A program made the translations under genes and the position numbers. Under the pieces are notes generated by a model. That model did no database searches and was not told where the DNA came from. It saw nothing but the letters and a program-made list of their open reading frames with translations. Below, one piece after another: positions 49,146 to 64,000 of a DNA stretch of 64,000 nucleotides. This stretch comes from Octopus sinensis (Eukaryota): NCBI RefSeq assembly GCF_006345805.1, contig NC_043000.1, positions 153,946,001-154,010,000 of the forward strand. Reading direction: 5' to 3'. Positions within the stretch are counted from its first letter, which is position 1. Each line of letters starts with the position of its first letter.

Positions 49146-49721
49146 GCAGATCACGCACTCGCGGGTAGACACCCACATTGCCTGTGTGAGTGCGCGTGCA
49201 CGCGCTTATGTATCAGTATTAACGTTGCGGAGAAAATTTTATAGTTTACAATCGTTTTATGTGAACATTACAGCATTATATCTCAGATGTTCCTGATAAC
49301 ACATCGGTGTTTCTGTCTGGCTTCTAAAACTTTCGTAGAGAACTAGATACACTGTCTGTTATTATGAGTTTTAAACTGGCGTATTTCATTGGTCATCATT
49401 TATGTGTAAGCATTGGACGATTATGGCGTGATATGAACAAATTGTATGTATATAAGTATATAATATATATATATATATATATATATCTGTGTGTGTATAT
49501 ATATATATGTATGTGTGTGTGCGCACGTGTGTGCGTATATATATATATAATATATATATGTAACGTATATATATATATATATATATGTAACGTATATATA
49601 TATATATCTCTGTGTGTGTGTATATATATATGTATGTGTGTGTGCACGTGTGTGTGTGCGCACATGCGTGTGTATATATATACATATATAGGCATGTATA
49701 TGCACACGCACACACTCACAT

Positions 49722-49798
<77 letters not shown>

Positions 49799-49941
49799 GC
49801 ATGTATGTATGTGAGTATGTGAGTATGTATATATACCAAGAGAAAGGGGGAGAATAAGGAAAGGAGAGAGGAAGTCAATGAGAGAGAGGGTAGAGAGTGG
49901 GATAGATACATACATAAATGCATACACACGCTGACACACGT

Positions 49942-49974
<33 letters not shown>

Positions 49975-50079
49975 GTGTGTGTATGAATGTATATATGTAT
50001 ATGTACGTACATACATATAAATATGTATATATATGTGTGTGTGTGTGTTTGTATGCATGTATACGTATGTCTGTGTGTG

Positions 50080-50471
<392 letters not shown>

Positions 50472-50927
50472 TGAAACGTGTATACATACAGTTTATACAT
50501 AATTTACAACTAGTTTATTTTATTAACAAATTTACAAGCCCACCCACACTAATCTCTAACACTTTTGCAAGTATACTGGAGCCAACTTCAATCCATCTGT
50601 TACCCTTTAGATAGTCGTCTGCTAGAAATATTTAGTATAAAGATTGACCTCCATACAGAAGTTATAGATACAAATTTTCGTTTCTTTTTGTTTCATTTTA
50701 AATCGCTTTTATTTTTAACAAAATAACTTCATGATTTGATATAACGGAAATAATGGAGGTTCTTTCAGTCAACTTTCGTAATGATGGCAGCAGATAGTGT
50801 AATGGCCCTAACAGAGATCAGTACACCACGTGATCACACTGTCTTGATCTGATGACGTGACTGGTGTCAGTAAAGTATTGGTGTTGTTGAACTATTGCGA
50901 AATTCTTGCTTAACAAGGTACGTCGCT

Positions 50928-51220
50928 GCTCTTCTTCTTCTTCTTCTTCTTCTTCTTCTTCTTCTTCTTCTTCTTCTTCTTCTTCTTCCTCTTCCACTTC
51001 TTCTTCTTCTTCTTCTTCTCCTTCTTCTTCTTCTTCTTCTTCTTCTTCTTTCCTTTTTTTCTTTTCTTTCTTCCTTTTTCTTCTTCTTCCTTCCTCCTCT
51101 TCTTCTTCTTCTTCTTTCTTTTTCTCCTTCTTCTTCTTCTTTTTTAACTTCTTCTTCTTCTTTTCTTTCTTCTTTTCTTCTTCTTCTTCTTCTTCTTCTT
51201 CTTCTTCTTCTTCTTCTCCA
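50928..51220. repeat. (TTC)n polypyrimidine tract
   Basis: Direct reading. Confidence 0.97.
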
Positions 51221-51474
51221 TAGCTGTGTTTGTGTACGAATGCTGTAAATATTCTTGGCGATATTTATCTCTGTTTACATTAGATATCAAATGCGTGTAT
51301 CGTATGATTTGATACAATGAAAACGAAGGTTTCTTGGTATACGGTTGCTTTCTCCCTTTACATTTCTCTCCTCATTTCTTTCTCCCCCACTTCTTTTCCT
51401 TTCTTTCGCACCTCTATCTCTCTATTCCTCGGTTTCTCTTTCTCTCTCTTTTTCTTTCTCTCTTTCTTTCTTTA

Positions 51475-51514
<40 letters not shown>

Positions 51515-51684
51515 TCTCTCTCTTTCTCTCGGTTTCTCTCTATCGCTGTTGATTTGTCAACCACCCACATCTCGCAGCTCAGTAAATGCTTTTTGCATTC
51601 AATAGGACGAGTCGCTGCTTTTGTAAAGATAACCTCTCAATCTATGGAAGCATGTATCATCCGATTTACTTACCGAAAAACAAC

Positions 51685-52160
51685 ATGCACACCACACACA
51701 CCACACACACACACACCACACACCTTACACACACCACTCATACACACACACTCATACACACACACACACTTACACACACACACACACACACTTACACACA
51801 CACACTCATACACACACACACACACACACACACTACACACAACACACTCATACCACACACACACACACACTTACACACACCACTCATACACACACACACA
51901 CACACACACTCATACACACACACACACACACACACTTACACACACACACTCTACCCACACACACACACTTACACACACACACACACACACCACCCACACT
52001 TACACACACACACACACACACACACTTACACACACACCACACTCATACACACACACACACACACACACACTTACACACACACACTCATACACAACACACA
52101 CACACACACTTACACACACCACACTCACACACACACACACACACTCACACACTCGCTCGC
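51685..52160. repeat. CA-rich satellite with recurrent cactta/cactcata interruptions
   Basis: Direct reading. Confidence 0.93.
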
Positions 52161-52254
52161 AAGCATGCATGCATACACATACACACACATTCTCGCACAA
52201 AAACATGTAACTGTGTGTGTGTCTTTGTATTAGCCTCTTTCTGTTCGTCTTGAT

Positions 52255-52880
52255 CCCTATAAACCCTCAACTCGGTTACCCGGTTTCCACGGTTTATAAG
52301 TAACCGAGATCACAACATTTTCCCCTGAACAGTACGGGGGACTCCGTCTGTGGAGGCGCAATGGCCCAGTGGTTAGGGCGGTTAGGGCAGCGGACTCGCG
52401 GTCATAGGATTGCGGCTTCGATTCCCAGACCGGGCGTTGTGAGTGTTTATTGAGCGAAAACACCTAAAAGCTCCACGAGGCTCCGGCAGGGGATGGTGGG
52501 GATCCCTGCTGTACTCTTTCACCACAACTTTCTCTCACTCTTACTTCCTGTTTCTGTTGTACCTGTATTTCAAAGGGCCGGCTTTGTCAATCTCTGTGTC
52601 ACGCTGAATATCCCCGAGAACTACGTTAAGGGTGCACGTGTCTGTGGAGTGCTCAGCCACTTACACGTTAATTTCACGAGGAGGCTGTTCCGTTGATTCG
52701 GATCAAACGGAACCCTCGTCGTCGTAACCGACGGAGTGCTTCCACGGGACTCCGTCTCATTCGCTGTTGAATGGACTGGGGCAATGTGGAATGAAGTATT
52801 TTCCTTATGAACACAACGCCCAGGTCGGTTCAGGAACTGAAATCACAATCATTGGATCATGATATTAGGCCCCTAATGGC
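52255..52880 (-). mobile_element. Old SINE C/T2-like host copy split by a younger SINE
   Basis: Head and CORE-like block at 52880-52760; T2-like tail at 52349-52255. Confidence 0.6.
52350..52745 (+). mobile_element. SINE family D body with tail T1, 12-bp TSD
   Basis: TSD gggactccgtct at 52338-52349 and 52746-52757. Confidence 0.88.
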
Positions 52881-53095
52881 TACTAGGCCCCTAGTATCCA
52901 CTAAGTCCAAGAACTGAAACCAAAATCATTAGATCGTGATGTAACATATCCACTATGCCCCGCGCCTTCACTATATTTGTCTTTCGCTATGTATACGAAA
53001 GTATGAGTCTAAATAAGCATTTGTCTGTATGTATAGATCTGTGCATGAGTTTCAGTTTGTATGTTCCGAATTTAGTTGTTTCTCTGTGACCACCT

Positions 53096-53492
53096 CTTTT
53101 ACTCTTTTACTTGTTTCAGTCATTTGACTGCGGCCATGCTGGAGCACCGCCTTTAGTCGAGCAAATCGATCCCGGGACTTATTCTTTTGTAAGCCCAGTA
53201 CTTATTCTATCGGTCTCTTTTGCCGAACCGCTAAGTGACGGGGACGTAAACACACCAGCATCGGTTGTCAAGCAATGCTAGGGGGACAAACACACACACA
53301 CAAACACACACACATACACACATAAATATACATACATATATACGACAGGCTTCTTTCAGTTTCCGTCTGCCAAATCCACTCACAATGCATTGGTAGGCCC
53401 GGGGCTATAGCAGAAGACACTTGCCCAAGATGCCATGCAGTGGGACTGAACCGGGAACCATGTGGTTGGTTAGCAAGCTACTTACCACACAG
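53096..53492 (-). mobile_element. SINE family A
   Basis: Consensus match. Confidence 0.92.
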
Positions 53493-53827
53493 CAACTTGG
53501 CTGTATATGTGCTGGTGTAAGCGTTCAAAAACCCCATATTTATGTGTATTGATAAACAGGTTTATACATGTCTCTCTCTGGGGGTAGGGTTGTACCTATT
53601 TCTGCTTATGTGTATATGTAAAGGTTTATGTGGCGGATGTGTGTTAGTGTATATATATTTAAGCATGTGTATGATGTGATGAATATGTCTGTGTATTGTA
53701 TCCATATTTTATACGCTTTTCTCTTCCAAGTAAATTAAGGAAATGACTGCATCTCCGATTGATCATACTCTACTTCATTACAACACCTCATCAAAATCTA
53801 CATTAAAAAATAATGCCCTTGGCCAAT

Positions 53828-55598
53828 AATAGCTCCTGTCATACGCATGTGCGTATGCGTACAAGCGTTAGTATGTATGTTTGATGTATATGTGAACGAC
53901 CATGTATATGTGCGTATAGGCCGATTTGTAAAAGTCAGCTAAGGACGATCACATGTGTAATCAACCATGAAGAACAAATCAACAGTACAAAGAAATCAAA
54001 CGCCAATGCCTTTAACACGGCCGGGCGAAATGCTTAGCAGTATTTCGTCTGCCGCTACGTTCTGAGTTCAAATTCCGCCGAGGTCAACTTTGCCTTTCAT
54101 CCTTTCGGGGTTGATTAAATAAGTACCAGTTACGCACTGGGGTCGATATAATCGACTTAATCCGTTTGTCTGTCCTTGTTTGTCCTCTCTGTGTTTAGCC
54201 CCTTGTGGGTAGTAAAGAAATAGGCATTCACTGTAACAGTAGCAGAATCACCATCTCACTACATCTACATATTCAAAATACTTTTGTCAACGGTCCTTCA
54301 TCAACAACACATCGTAATAAACTCAGTGACTACTACTAAATTCACGCCACGACAAACAGAGAGGTCGTTCTTGAAGCAGAGAATATGAACTTACGGCGAC
54401 AATATTTAATATCGCCTGAGGAAACGCAGTGAGATCTCATAATGCAAGGAAAACAGTTGCATAATCAAGTACCTGCACGCCTGGAGAACTGCGTTTGTGT
54501 GGAAACGATTGTAGTGATTAAAGAATAAATGTCCAACCGTACTCCTTGTTGTTGACTCCAAATTTTTTACAAATATCTATTCACCACGACAGATGACCAA
54601 GGCAAAACTGAAAGTACGTATGTTACTACTACTGGATACACAGGGTAAAATCTGAAGGTGGACGNNNNNNNNNNNNNNNNNNNNNNNNNNNNNNNNNNNN
54701 NNNNNNNNNNNNNNNNNNNNNNNNNNNNNNNNNNNNNNNNNNNNNNNNNNNNNNNNNNNNNNNNAATAGCTCCTGTCATACGCATGTGCGTATGCGTACA
54801 AGCGTTAGTTTATGTTTTGATGTATATGTGAACGACCATGTATATGTGCGTATAGGCCGATTTGTAAAAGTCAGCTAAGGACGATCACATGTGTAATCAA
54901 CCATGAAGAACAAATCAACAGTACAAAAAATCAACGCCAATGCCTTTAACACGGCCGGGCGAAATGCTTAGCAGTATTCGTCTGCCGCTACGTTCTGAGT
55001 TCAATTCCGCCGAGGTCAACTTGCCTTTCATCCTTTCGGGTTGATTAAATAAGTACCAGTTACGCACTGGGGTCGATATAATCGACTTAATCCGTTTGTC
55101 TGTCCTTGTTTTGTCCTCTCTGTGTTTAGCCCCTTGTGGGTAGTAAAGAAATAGGCATTCACTGTAACCAGTAGCAGAATCACCATCTCACTACATCTAC
55201 ATATTCAAAATACTTTTGTCAACGGTCCTTCATCAACAACACATCGTAATAAACTCAGTGACTACTACTAAATTCACGCCACGACAAACAGAGAGGTCGT
55301 TCTTGAAGCAGAGAATATGAACTTACGGCGACAATATTTAAATATCGCCTGAGGAAACGCAGTGAGATCTCATAATGCAAGGAAACAGTTGCATAATCAA
55401 GTACCTGCACGCCTGGAGAACTGCGTTGTGTGGAAACGATTGTAGTGATTAAAGAATAAATGTCCAACCGTACTCCTTGTTGTTGACTCCAAATTTTTTA
55501 CAAATATCTATTCACACACGACAGATGACCAAGGGCAAAACTGAAAGTACGTATGTTACTACTACTGGATAACACAGGGTAAAATCTGAAGGTGGACG
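53828..55598 (+). other. ~835-bp direct duplication flanking a 100-N assembly gap (each copy contains a SINE B)
   Basis: 53828-54664 matches 54765-55598; N run at 54665-54764. Confidence 0.95.
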
Positions 55599-55661
55599 AG
55601 ATTTATACTGTACTCTACTACGTTCCTAACAGTACATACCATGACAATATATATATGTATG

Positions 55662-55754
<93 letters not shown>

Positions 55755-55772
55755 ATATTATATATATATCAT

Positions 55773-56180
55773 AGGCGCAGGAGTGGCTGTGTGGTAAGTA
55801 GCTTGTTTACCAACCACATGGTCCGGGTTCATTCCCACTGCGTGGGCAACTTGGGCAAGTGTCTTTACTATAAGCCTCGGGCCGACCAAAGCCTTGTGAG
55901 TGGATTTGGTAGACGGAAACTAGAATAGCCCGTTGTATATATGTATATATATGTATGTGTGTATATGTTTGTGTGTCTGTGTTTGTACCCCCACCATTGC
56001 TTGACAACCGATGCTGGTGTGTTTACGTCCCCATAGCTTAGCGGTTCAGCAAAAGAGACTGATAGAATAAGTACTAGGCTTACAAAGAATAAGTCCTGGG
56101 GTCGATTTACTCGACTAGAAGGCGGTGCTCCAGCATGGCTGCAGTCAAATGACTGAAACAAGTAAAAGAGTAAAAGAGTA
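55773..56180 (+). mobile_element. SINE family A (variant)
   Basis: Consensus match. Confidence 0.9.
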
Positions 56181-56682
56181 TATATATAGAGAGAGAAATA
56201 GTGTATATAAATATTTCAGCTCATCATTTCTCATCAAGATGGTTGGTAAGCCGATACTTCGAAGTCACTATCAATCTTTTCTCCATAAAATTAATAATTA
56301 TGTGCTCTACTAAAAAGAATTGAATGAACTTTCATAACTTTAGTTAAAAACAAAGATTAATAGACAGACAGACAAATAGATTTTTTTCAATCCGACAAAA
56401 AACGAAATGAGAAGAATTGTGAAGGTCTGAACTTTTTTTTTTTTTTTTTTGCGGATTTAGCAATCTCTAATAGACAACTCATTCGCTTGTGATTTGGTTG
56501 TTACGTTAAATTTACGAAGTTCAAACATTAGATCTGCAGTCACTGAGAGGCGTAACGGTGGTGTTAATGACCTGAACACCGACTGGGGACGATGATACCA
56601 CTAATAATAAAGGTGGCATTGTGTGGCTACTATCAACGATAATTGTAGAGATGCCAGTGGCTTTTTCAGTGTAATGATGAAT

Positions 56683-56841
56683 AGGGAAGTGCCCTAAGGA
56701 TGGGGAAGTGCCCTAAGGATGGGGAAGTGCCCTAAGGATGGGGAAGTGCCCTAAGGGTGGGGAAGTGCCCTAAGGATGGGGAAGTGCCCTAAGGGTGGGG
56801 AAGTGCCCTAAGGATGGGGAAGTGCCCTAAGGATGGGGAAG
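56683..56841. repeat. 19-bp minisatellite (GGGAAGTGCCCTAAGGATG) x8
   Basis: Period 19; two units carry an A>G variant. Confidence 0.97.
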
Positions 56842-56984
56842 CTGCAGAACACTCATGACCGAAACTATACAATGGCTATTTTATATAAGAAAATCAGATG
56901 ATTTTTAGATATATATCAAAAATGACTTGTAGCACATCGCAGATCACCAGACTTTCGGTATGCGTTGTGTATGTATGTGTCATG

Positions 56985-57012
56985 TATATTATTATCATCA
57001 TCATCATCATCA

Positions 57013-57061
<49 letters not shown>

Positions 57062-57111
57062 CATCATCATCATCATCATCATTATTATTATTAATATCAT
57101 TATTATTATTA

Positions 57112-57146
<35 letters not shown>

Positions 57147-57249
57147 GTTGTTGTTGTTGTTGTTGTTATTGTTATTGTTATTGTTGTTGTTGTTGTTGTT
57201 ATTGTTGTTGTTGTTGTTGTTGTTATTGTTGTTGTTATTGTTGTTGTTG

Positions 57250-57280
<31 letters not shown>

Positions 57281-57383
57281 AGAAAGTGTCAGATATAATA
57301 ATAATAACAATGTACATGATAACACTTCCAATCAGTTAAGATCAGCAGCCTCGAAAGCCACTGCCTGGTATTGCATCATGGCA

Positions 57384-57441
<58 letters not shown>

Positions 57442-57484
57442 ATTATTATTATTATCATTATTATTATTATCATTATTATTATTA
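56985..57484. repeat. (ATT)n/(ATC)n/(GTT)n compound microsatellite
   Basis: Direct reading. Confidence 0.95.
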
Positions 57485-58897
57485 CTTTTTTTTCTTCTTT
57501 CAAATTTGCTTCCATTTCTTGCCGAGTGTCTTCCCGACTCCTAGGGCAAAGAAACTCATAGTATACATAGGTAGGCCATTAAACCAAAACTCAGTAGTTC
57601 GTTCATTTTTTTTTTTTTTTTAAGTTAAATTAAAATACATGAGCAGCAACAGTTCTCACATCGACATGCTCTTCTCAATACGTGTGATGTACCAGTTAAG
57701 ACAATCTTTTGCACTTCTTGCAGGGATGGTAAGCCAGGGATCATTCTCATATAATTTTCGGTTCCCTTCTTGATCATTCCTAGTGCTCCTACGATCACTG
57801 GTATTGTAACCGCCTTGAGATGCCACATTTTCTCAATTTCAATGAGTAGGTCTTTATATTTTCTGAGCTTGTCAAACTCTTTCGCTGAGATATTATGATC
57901 ACAGGGGATGCTCATGTCGATCAATAAGCAAACTTTATTGTTTTGGTCTTTCAGAACAATATCTGGTTTATTGGCCTTGATGGTTCGGTCTGTATGTACT
58001 GGAAAGTCCCACAGAATGGTTACATTTTCTCCTTCAGTTACAACATCAGGGTGGTGATTATACCCTTGTCGGCAGTTTTGATATTGTAATGCCGACTTAT
58101 TAGCCAGTTAGATATTGGCCCACTCTGTCATGTCTTAATTTTATTCCACTGGAGCTAAGACTTTACATCCAGAGATTAAGTGGTCCACTGTTTCAATCAT
58201 GTCGTTGCAGAATCGGCATTTTGGGTCTGCTCCATTTTTCATCACATTGGCCTGGTAGTTCCGGGTTAATAGGCTTTGATCTTGAGCAGCCAGGATGAAA
58301 CCTTCGCTCTCTGCTTTTAGCCCTGAGCTCCGTAGCCACTGATGGGTTTGCTTCTGGTCAACATCAGCTTGTTTGCTGCGGGTCACATATTTGCCGTGCA
58401 GAGGTTTCTCCTCCCACCTATCAGCCAATTGCTCGTGCGCTTTTTTCGTTGCCATTATTTTCATCTTCTTTGCAACAATAATTGCCGTACTTCCCTCGGG
58501 TTGTTCTGTTTGGGTATCCTGCACGAGATCAATAGCAAATTTTTTGCTTTCCTTTATGATAGAATGAAGCTTTAGCATCCAGTCATTCGATATTTCGAGA
58601 TATTTGGCCAGTCCAATTGTGGTTGTTTTGTAAGCTAGTTCAAATTGGATCAGGCCTCGACCTCCTTGGGCTCTGGGAAGGTAAAGGCGATCTACGTCTG
58701 CCTTTGGGTGGTGCATCCTATTACAACTCAGCAGCTTGCGTATTTTCCTATCTATATTTTTTACTTCACTCATATTCCAGTTCAACACATTGTAGCTATA
58801 AGTAACAACTGGAACTGCTAAGGAATTTATAGCTAACACCTTGTTACGTGCATTTAGTTCAGATTTCAGGACTGCACGAACTCTCCTATAACATTCC

Positions 58898-58900
<3 letters not shown>
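57485..58900 (-). mobile_element. R4/Dong-type LINE family C, 5'-truncated, (TAA)n-flanked
   Basis: KECYRRVRAVLKSELNARNK..DRLYLPRAQGGRGL..KPLHGKY..AAQDQSL..CRFC..HLISGC..PDIV..IDMSIP..KYKDL. Confidence 0.92.
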
Positions 58901-58956
<56 letters not shown>

Positions 58957-58968
58957 CATTATTATTTT

Positions 58969-59012
<44 letters not shown>

Positions 59013-59042
59013 TATCATTATTATTAATTATTATTATTATTA

Positions 59043-59080
<38 letters not shown>

Positions 59081-59097
59081 TTATTATTATTATTAAG

Positions 59098-59290
59098 ACG
59101 ATGAACTGGCAGAGTCTTTAACACGCTGGACAAAATGTCGGAACGTTTTGATTTCAAATTCCACCGAGTTAGACTTTGCTTTCATCCTTTCGTGGTCGAT
59201 CAGTTAAGTGCCAGTTGAGTGCTGTGGGGTCGTTATAATATCCCTCCCCTACATTTCAGGCATTGTGTCTACAGTAGAAAGGACTATTAT
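59098..59290 (+). mobile_element. SINE family B, diverged
   Basis: gaactggcagagtc..ttcaaattccaccgagttagactttgctttcatcctttc. Confidence 0.7.
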
Positions 59291-59349
59291 TATTGTGTAT
59301 GCGTGTGTGTGTCTGTGTGTGTGTATGTGTCTGTGTGTGTATTTTGTGC

Positions 59350-59660
59350 GTGAAGGTGTATGGCTCAGGGGGTTAGAGCGTCGGCTTCACAATCATGAAG
59401 CAGTGAGTTCGATTCCCGGACCGGTCTGTTTGTTGTGTTCTTGAGCAAGACACTTTATTTCACGTTGCTCCAGTTCACTCATCTGTAGAAATGAATTGCG
59501 ACATCGCTGGTGCCTTTTCCTTGGATAACATCGGTGGCGTGCAGAGGGGAGGCTGGTATGCATGAGTGACTGCTAGTCTTCCATAAACAACCTTGCCTGG
59601 ACTTGTGTCTTGGAGGGAAACTTTCTAGGTACAATCTTATGTTCATTCATGACCGAAAGT
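59350..59660 (+). mobile_element. SINE family C (CORE-like) with tail T3
   Basis: A/B boxes, CORE-like block, tail ending ttcatgaccgaa. Confidence 0.8.
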
Positions 59661-60017
59661 TCTCTCTCTCTCTCTCTCCCTCTTTCTCCCTCTTTCTCTC
59701 TCTCTCACTCTCTTTCCTTCTTATACATATATATATATGTGTGTGTGTGTGTGTGCATGTGTGCAAGTATGTTATGGATGATTGTATGAATGTGTGTGAA
59801 ACAGCGAGAGAGAAAGAGAACTGAATGAGGAAACGAGAGTGTCTAGCAAAGCTATTTTGCTTTTTAAGGTTGTTAATGCTGTTTTCTGCTATTTGTGTTG
59901 ATATTAGCTTAATAATAATAATAACAACAAAAGAAGAAGAAGAAGAAGAAGAAGAAGAAGAAGAAGAAGAAGAAGAAGAAGAAGAAAAGAAAAAAAAAAT
60001 AAAAAAAATAAATAAAT

Positions 60018-61587
<1,570 letters not shown>

Positions 61588-63170
61588 ATGAAGAAACAAT
61601 TGAAGCTAAAAGTTATAGACTCATAACCTTCTTAACAACAATGTACAAAATGCTAATATCTGTCTTGCCTGAATATACCTATGGTTTTTTTAGTAGAAGT
61701 GGCATATTCCCTAATGAGCAAAAAGGATGTAAACGTGGGTTGTAAAAATCAGCGACTCATCAATATTGGAAGATTGTCACAAACGACAGAAAAAAACTTG
61801 TCGATAGTCTCGGTAGACTATAAAAATGCTTTTGATAGCAGACCACATAGCTGGATTAAAAAATGTTTGGAAATATACAAAATATGACCTTTCTTGTCTG
61901 TAAGTATGAGATCATGGAGAACCACACCGATTTTGGACAGTGACAATGAATCTCTCAATGCTGGAGATGTAAGAATTTCATGTGACTATCACCACTCCTC
62001 TTTTGTCTAGCCTTAATACATCTCTCGAGATTGCTCAATGATGTACAATACGGTTATAAAACGTTTGATAAAAATATGAATCATCTCATTTACATGGATG
62101 ATTTAAAGCACTTTGCAAAAAATGACCAACAACGACAGAGCTTACTAGCGATTGTTAAACAACTGTCAGTGATGACATCGGAGTCCAATTTGGCCTCGAT
62201 TAATGTGCAAAAGCTACTTTTATCAAAGGAAAAATGACAGAAACATCCAATGTTAATCTTGACAAGCAGAATGTCATAAAGGAATTAGAACGAACGGAGA
62301 GTTACAAACACCAATGATGAGGGAAAGGATCAGAAGAGAATGTTATCGCAGAGTAAGAGCAATACTCAAGACAGAGCTGAGTGCAAGAAACAGGATCGAA
62401 GCGATCAATACATTAGCCATACTAGTCGTGACTTACAGTTTCAATATCATTAACTGGTCAGTTTACTGAAATATGTAATCTTGACAGAAAAATACGAAAA
62501 TTATTGACAATGTATAGAATGCACTACCCTGAGGTGGATATAGAACGATTTTATCTGCCAAGAAAAGAGGGAGGCCGTGGAATTTTACAACTGGAATTAA
62601 CAATGAAGATTGCCACAATTGGCCTAGACACCTACCTGAAAAACATGAAAACAAGAAAGCATCATACTCAGTAACAAAATATATAAAAGGATATCTAAGT
62701 GAATTCTAAATACAACAAATTCTAGAATAAGACGTACTAGAAACAAGCACAGAAAAAGCTAAGCGTATGAAAACCCGTGCTGAAACTACTGCATTAGATA
62801 TTCTTACTGATAAATGTCATGAAAAACTTCTCAATGGCAAATACCCAAAGAGATCTAATAGTGCTGATGTTGATAAAGCCCTTACCCATCAATGGTTAGT
62901 GGCTTCTGACTTAAAATCAAAAACAGAAGAGTTTATCATAGTAGCCCAAGATCAATGCCTATCTACAAGAAACTACCAGGCCAACATATTAAAGAACGGC
63001 AGCTACCCAACATGTCGTGTACGTCAACAACAAAATGAAACCATTGATCATGTTGTCTCCAAGTGCAGTCTTCTTGCACATACAGAGTATCTCAACAAGC
63101 ATGATAGAACAGCACAATATATTCACTGGGTAATTAGCAAAAACCTGGACCTACCTCATGATAAAAACTG
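61588..63170 (+). mobile_element. R4/Dong-type LINE family D, internal fragment (RT to RLE start)
   Basis: SYRLITFL..EQKGCKRG..DYKNAFDSRPH..HLIYMDDLK..AQDQCLSTRNY..DHVVSKC..KHDRTAQYIHW; decayed and truncated at both ends. Confidence 0.88.
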
Positions 63171-63174
63171 AGAG

Positions 63175-63425
63175 CTATTGCCTTCCAAAAACCCTCCATA
63201 AAGTATGAGAGTACTTCTGAACCCGGAACTGCAACTGGTCCATCAATCCAGATCTATTGCCGACCTGCTCTACACTGTATCGTATGAAGTGGAGGTTGTC
63301 ATTGATAGATCTATCAGAAGGTGGCACATGTTTGCGCCTTCCTATCTGCAATACAAGAGGTTGGAAAAGCAACAACCTCTTGGCGATCACCTTTGCCAAA
63401 CTCTAAATCTCTGTTGAACAGAGTT
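63175..63425 (-). mobile_element. L1/Tx1-like RT fragment
   Basis: AKVIAKRL...RSINDNLHFIRYSVEQVG matches the Tx1/L1 RT pattern AKVLANRL..GRSI.DN..LIR. Confidence 0.6.
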
Positions 63426-64000
63426 ACAGGCCTGAAATATTCAATCGTATTCCTTACTCGCGTCCTTCATCACCACTGCCTTCATTTCTCGACCAACTAA
63501 ATAGGAAATGCTTCCAGTCTACTACCAGATGACGGTGGTGTATTTTATAGAGTCTATTATAGTTCACTCTTCTATTTTGTGAGAAACTATTTTCACAAAA
63601 CATTAAACAACAGATTTCCCGGAGGACCATCATAAAAAAGCACACATTTTCACATTATGCATCGAATTCATGTTTATCATTTCTACATTTTATCCTATTA
63701 AATTGATTTCCTTTTGCACTCGTTGCAAAATAAAATTTAATTTTCAAAGCAGTACACACCCACAAATGTTCAGTCGGGACGAATCAAGTAAATCTCTAGC
63801 ATAGAAGATTCCACTATAAACTGACTGGCAAAAAGTTGAAATGTACTGGTGTTGCCAGTCGCCACAGAACATAGGTGTATTATCAAACATATATTTAAAA
63901 ATGATAGACGGGTGTCTAATGCGCCATGGCTAATTATCTGGTGTACCACTTTTAGTGCATACGCCATAGGTCGGCCACCTTTCACTTAAAACATTTAATA

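Noticed and set aside
50781-50855. Possible box C/D snoRNA (ATGATGG...CTGA) or hammerhead (CTGATGA at 50849)
   Set aside because: C box imperfect, no adjacent terminal stem, no rRNA complement recognised; the hammerhead lacks GAAA and helices I and III
52353-52430. tRNA genes (also 3426-3500, 2556-2610, 59352-59420)
   Set aside because: A/B boxes continue into SINE bodies with TSDs; no complete cloverleaf or acceptor stem
54415-54475. CTGAGGA...GAAAACAGTTG hammerhead-like arrangement
   Set aside because: No valid NUH triplet or helix I
56683-56841. CRISPR-like repeat array
   Set aside because: Units are contiguous with no unique spacers; eukaryotic context; no cas genes

Overview
Eukaryotic, AT-rich, repeat-saturated genomic DNA with no recognisable host protein-coding gene. 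The SINE families and microsatellite load resemble octopod cephalopod (Octopus-type) DNA; that is from recall and is not verified. Nearly all long ORFs in the supplied track are translations of microsatellites or SINEs. Real coding remnants all belong to decayed transposable elements: at least six families of restriction-like-endonuclease (R4/Dong-type) LINEs, CR1/L2-group, RTE and Tx1/L1 fragments, a Penelope-like RT/GIY-YIG ORF, mariner/Tc1/Merlin DNA transposons and a non-autonomous Helitron. About 35 tRNA-derived SINE copies fall into several modular families. The most interesting signals are four. (1) A set of minimal type-I hammerhead-ribozyme motifs lies in Penelope-like terminal repeats, one with an intact core at 27555-27678; several of these repeats form fold-back or palindromic structures. 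(2) An RLE-LINE family has both copies flanked on both sides by (CATA)n, whereas the other RLE LINEs sit in (TAA)n. (3) One SINE forms head-to-tail multimers, with a dimer inside a single 18-bp TSD. (4) SINE bodies and tails are shuffled combinatorially. Several near-identical local duplications, one spanning a 100-N gap, may be assembly artefacts. All calls come from manual reading and translation; boundaries are approximate (about 10-20 bp) unless a TSD or TIR is quoted.
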